Assembly: GCA_002269645.1 (NCBI GenBank)
Contig: NIVC01002440.1
Location: 109,484-173,483 of the forward strand
Source: Macrostomum lignano
Taxonomy: Eukaryota
Direction: 5' to 3'
DNA: 64,000 nt
The notes below the pieces were generated by a model. The model was not told the DNA's origin, did not search any database, and worked only from the letters and a program-made list of their open reading frames with translations. Both the position numbers and the translations under genes were made by a program. Each line of letters starts with the position of its first letter. Position 1 is the first letter of the stretch. Of this stretch, positions 59,301-64,000 are shown in pieces.

Positions 59301-62300
59301 GCCGGAGCATGTGGTACCCGGTCAGAACAGTGTGCATAGTTAATCAGCTTCTTACCGCTTCCAGGCGGAGTTGGGAAGACCAGCTTGCTGCGCGCCCTGC
59401 GCAGTACCACCGGGACCACCAGCGTCATCGGTGCCGAGGAGATCACCGACGGCATCGACATTGGCGACTGGCAAATCGACATCGGCGACGGCAGTCCGCC
59501 GCTGCACTTCAGCACGTGGGACTTTGCTGGACAGCGGGTGTACTACAACACCCACCAGTTCTTCCTCACACACAGGGCTGTCTACCTGCTGCTGTACACA
59601 GTGAGGACTGGCTACGAGCACGCCGGCCTAAACTTCTGGCTCAGCTCCATCGCCAGCCACGCACCGAACGCTCCGATTCTGGTGGTGGGCACCCATGCTG
59701 ATCAGGTGAGAAGTGCTTTAAGTCACCTAACACCTTACTGTGCCTACAATGGAGGTTACAAATATACTGTTTCAGGTGGAGAAACCGGACAAGATTCCCA
59801 TGGAGACGTTCAAATCGCGATATCCTCAGATCTGCGGATTTCACATCATTTCATCGCACAGCGGTAAGCAGTTACAGCAAGTCTTTCTGCCCAGGTGGCT
59901 TCCCCTCCTAAGCAGAACACCGCATTCCCCACCACCGCAGGCATGGGCATCGGCGACCTCCGCAAGCAGCTGGTTCAGGTCGCCCTCCAGCAGCCGTACA
60001 TGAGCGAGCGGCTGCCGCGGATCTTCCTGGACTTTGAAGACCGCCTGATCGAGAAACGAACCCGGGACCACGTGAAAATTCTGGACTGGCAGGAAGTGGC
60101 CGACCTGGCCCAGTCGCAGGGCCTCTACGAGGACAAGCACGTGAGGCAAGCGGTCAGCTTTCTGAACGACATCGGCTCGGTGCAGTACTTCGACACGGAC
60201 TACCTCAGACACAAAGTGGTCATCAACCCGAAGTGGATTGTGGATGTCATGGCGTGCGTTGTCAGCGTGAAGAACTCGCCCATTCAGGTGAGCTTCTCCG
60301 TCACAGTAGCTTGTACATTATCAGCATGGCATGAACCTGAGCCGAACTTTAACAACCCATCAAACTGCAGAACGGCCAGCTGAAAAGATCCGACATTCCA
60401 GCGATCTGGAGCAAGTTCGATCCAGCACTTCACGAGTGGCTGCTGAAGCTTACAGAGGCCTTCGACTTAACGTACGCGATGAAGGAGGACTGCAACATCG
60501 TGCCCTGCTTGCTTCCAGAGGACGTGCCGGAGGTACCTTTGATTCTGACGAGCTTGTGTTTTGTTCAAGATAGATAGATGGATAGAGACACAAAAACTAG
60601 TGAGTTCTTGCGCACACGCGCTCAAGAAACAGGTAGAAGGGGCAGGCAACTGCGGTCTGGGGCTGAGACTCTGGGCCTACAAGTCTGTCACAAAACAGTC
60701 TGTCAGTGTCACAGTACGCCCTTGGCCACGGCGCTTCCGCTACGTCGGCTGGTGCAGGTGCTTTGCTCAAACAACTAGACTGAAGCCATTGCCCATAGTT
60801 CATGCAGGAAAACCGAGATCCATTGTGAATTAGCGATTTAATTCGAACACCTTCGCGCAGTACTCGTTCCCGCAAGAGGCGGACGGCGAGGGCAACACGC
60901 TGGCGAGGTTCATCTACCAGTTCGACTACCTACCAGCCGGGCTGTTCAACCGGGCTCAGGTCCGGCTGTTCGAGTTCACCGACAGCAACACCATCTGGAA
61001 GCGCGGCTCGCTGCTCCGAAAGGACGCCCACATCGCCGTCATCACCATGGACGAGAGACAGCGCCTGATCGCGACTGTGTTCGGACCGAGGCCCGAGAAC
61101 GTACTCTTCATGATTAACGACGTGTTCGACAGTCTCATCAAGGAGACGTTCCACGGCGTCCACTATGAAGAGATTCTGCCCTGTCCCGAGTGCCTGAATT
61201 CCTCATCGGGTGACAGTGAGCGCAGCGTCATCCGAGTTGCCATGATTCGCAAGGCCAGCAGCCGTCAGGTGTCATTCCTGCAGTGCCCGTTCGAGTTTCA
61301 CATCCTAAACCTGAGCCAGCTGCTCGCAAGCATCCGCCCAGAAAGTCTGACGGAGTTCGACCATCAGCTTGAACAGAGTCTGCTGCGGCTTCGCAGAGCT
61401 CGACTGGAGATGAGCAGAGATGTGTGTCTGCTGTTTCTTGCGGATGATTTTCAGAAAGACGGCAAGGACAGAGGACAAACTTGCCCTGAGGCTGTGGCCA
61501 AGAAGCTGGAGGCAGAAGGGCTCAGCTGGTAAGCCATTGCGGAATACTCTGGTGCACCTCGCTTCTGTTCACCTTGCTTATCCCAGATGCTGTTCACTTT
61601 TCAGCTACCCGCCGTACCCCGAGCAGCAGGAGGACAAGCAGCTGCACATGAGCGACTGTAGCGCTGTGCTCGTGTTCCTCACAAAGTCCTTCGCTCAGAC
61701 AAGGCCTGCCTGAACTCGCTGTTCAGCGCCAAGAACAACCTGCGCAAGAAGCTCGTCTACCTCAGCGTTGGGGCGGACAAGTCGTGGCGGGACTGCACCG
61801 AGCTCGCCTTCCTCGTCGGCACAGACAAGTATATTGATCTGACGGATGCCAAAAAGTCCGTCTACGAAGGGCAGCTCGCAGAGGTCATCAAGGACGTCTC
61901 GGCTGCGGTTGAAACATCCAATCAAAAACCCAGTGGCGATGACTCTCGCGACAAGGACGTCTTTGTTTCCTACTGCTGGGCAAATTCTCACGACGCCGTG
62001 GCGAAGGGAACCCGAAACGGAGCTCTTGGCTGCGAGGACAGTGACCCGCGTCGGCTCAGGGAGAGATTGGAAGCAGAGGGGATTCGATGCTGGCTCGACG
62101 TCAAGGACACTGGAACCGTAGGTTTCGCAGATATTAATTACACTATAAATCGATGAATGTGTCAGTAAAGCTTTGAAGTGATGGTATTTTATCTCCAATG
62201 CTCGTAAACATCTCAAGATCTCGACGTGTAACGTGAAGAAGAGCATTCACACATTCATTAAAGCTCATTGTATCTCTGATATCAATCCTTAGATTATAGG

Positions 62301-64000
62301 GCTGTTAGTAGTTATCGTGTCAGTCTGTAAAAGGCATGTTGTGGGAATTTGTTAGAACAGTAAAAATGGAGCAGATAGACACGAAGCTCTCCCTGTCCGG
62401 TTTCACTTGCAGCGCAGCCTATTCGAGGACATCAGCTCGGGCCTCGGCCGGTGCCCGCTAGTCCTGGCTTTTGTCAGCGACGAGTACCAGCGCAGCGCCA
62501 ACTGCATGATGGAGTTTCGCTTCGCGGCAAAGAACCTGCGCAAGCCGATTGTGACTGTCGTGGTGGGCCAGACGCAGGCCTTCAAGACCCAGGAGCTGGG
62601 CATGCTCAGCCTGGGCTACGAGGAGTTCGACTTTCGCAAGGATGTTCCGGCTTTGGAATTTAAAAGACTGGTTGCCGGAATCAAAAGTCTGCTGGCCAAA
62701 GAGGCCGAAAAAAGATCGGCAAACGTGCCGCTGATGAAACGAAAGACCACCGTTGCTATGCCGTTGCCAAGCCAGCCCGGCCTGTTTCGAGAGGAGGCCG
62801 AGCTTGCGCAGCGCCGGTTTCTCAAGCAGTTCAGCCACAGCGACCTGCCGCGGCTGCTTGTGCCGGACTTCAGCGACGTCACCGACTTCAGTGACGAGAG
62901 CCGGAGCAAGGATTCAGACGGCGGCAAGCTGGAAGAATTGGTTGGTTTACCTACGAACCTACCAAAATTGCAGTAATGTGCAGTGTGATCCATTGATTGA
63001 ATTTTATACAGCTTTTCCTTCCACCGCAAATCCACAGGTGCTGATCAGAGTGTTTTGCGAGAATCAGCGGGTGAGTTGCATGGTATGGCAGATTAAAGCG
63101 CAGGCGGTTCTTAGCAGGGCTTTGCGGGACACCGGGACAACTTCCGATCCATGGCCTGGAATGCTTTAACATCATCGCGCTTCTCACACTTACGCTTCTC
63201 AATGTCCCCACTATTAAGAATAGATTGATTATAGTGTCGAAATGCATGATAGGTTTGGTTCCAAAACGCAATGTATCCTTGAAACACTACAGGGCTGGCA
63301 CGCCCACGGACCGGCCGTGAGCCTCGCGACGCCAGCAAGACGGGCCGGGAAAACCTGCTGTCTGCGCGCCTCAGTGTACCTGCTAAGGATCTGCTCGCTG
63401 CTGCAGGCCAGCGGCATTCGGTTGAACTGCCTCGAGGGAATCCAAGCCGAGGAGTTCCTGCAGGCAGTCCGTGTGGAGGCTGCGGTGTCGCCGAAGTCGT
63501 TCATCGACGCCTACCGAACGGTGCAGCAGCTGTACTCGGATGCCACCAGTGAGTGGGGCGGGTGTCGATTGCTCAAAGTCCGTTTGCTGGTTTTTTTAAA
63601 CTCAGTGCTCCGTGAATGCATTTCTATGCGTTACTTGGTCGCAAGTTCATGCGCAACCATGAATATAGAACTCGATGACAGTCAACGGTTTTCGTCACTG
63701 AACATAAATTTCAGCTTCTACAGTGTAGTTCTGTGTCCAGAACTGAGATTCGAACGCGCAATAGCCCAGGGCATTCGTTTCAGAGAGTTCCTACTCTTCC
63801 TTAGCAGACCACAATAGCAATCCATAAATACAGACCATGTTCGAACTTTTATTGACTGATAGATCATAGGTTTGATTGATCTCCTGTAATGCCGCTCAGC
63901 TCGAAATTTTGTCTGAGTCTCATCCGGTCTTCCGTGTGCATGTTCCAGAGGGCGAGCAGCGCCACTCCGGGCTGTCCAAGTGTGCGCTGGGCAGCGGCAA
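47374..64000 (+). CDS. Giant multi-exon Roco-family protein (LRR-like, degenerate ROC/COR, Cys module, SPRY, LRR, ROC-COR, TIR x2); continues past the window
   Basis: The exons I traced join in phase through GT-AG introns. ROC motifs [28 protein letters not shown] and VVGTHAD at 59245-59700; [16 protein letters not shown]...VVINPKW and YLPAGLFNR; TIR DVFVSY...CWLD...FVSDEY...CMMEF. 1-nt slips near 58745 and 61698. Confidence 0.85.
48313..48530. repeat. 45-bp tandem repeat, 5 copies, each containing a splice donor
   Basis: GCTAAG|GTGAGA at 48321, 48366, 48411, 48456 and 48501. Confidence 0.95.
49754..50222. repeat. 21-bp minisatellite starting inside an exon end
   Basis: Unit gtggagcagggctgggtgt(aa/ca). 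Confidence 0.97.
51745..52350. repeat. 12-bp-based intronic minisatellite
   Basis: Unit ctcaatcac(t/c)tg. Confidence 0.95.
52920..53456. repeat. 34-bp intronic minisatellite
   Basis: Unit ttctgagtccatggttgattgcatgcagtgggaa. Confidence 0.97.
56597..56646. repeat. 12-bp repeat, 4 copies
   Basis: Unit agcattagaaat. Confidence 0.9.
57250..57800. repeat. 28/30-bp intronic minisatellite ending in the exon start
   Basis: Unit cagctgatgctgccaccccacccaccct; the last five units are 30 bp. Confidence 0.97.

Overview
Eukaryotic (metazoan) genomic DNA. It has GC- and CpG-rich exons, short GT-AG introns, about 30 minisatellite or microsatellite arrays, and two AT-rich, transposon-littered blocks (about 26.3-33.7 kb and 42.2-47.3 kb). 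The style resembles the flatworm Macrostomum lignano, which is inference from sequence style only. 1-25.3 kb holds eight co-oriented minus-strand genes: an unrecognised Pro-rich protein, a candidate 80-aa secreted neuropeptide-like precursor, TAF10, NUP58, CWC25-like, a disabled IDI1, BLOC1S6 and an ARG1/dnj-16-type DnaJ. LYRM7 and NF-YC follow on the plus strand, then a secreted Apple + LamG-like protein. SMIM7 (minus) has a first intron containing an internally inverted, CpG-decayed RTE-like LINE interrupted by a 387-bp hAT MITE. From 47374 to beyond the window end runs one giant multi-exon gene that reads as a double Roco protein: LRR-like, degenerate ROC/COR, MYCBP2-like Cys module, SPRY, LRR, intact ROC-COR, and two TIR domains of which only one keeps the catalytic Glu. 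Three conserved ORFs lack an ATG and start in frame at a 3' splice acceptor, as expected if the flatworm spliced leader donates the AUG. All family assignments come from recalled motifs, not database searches.
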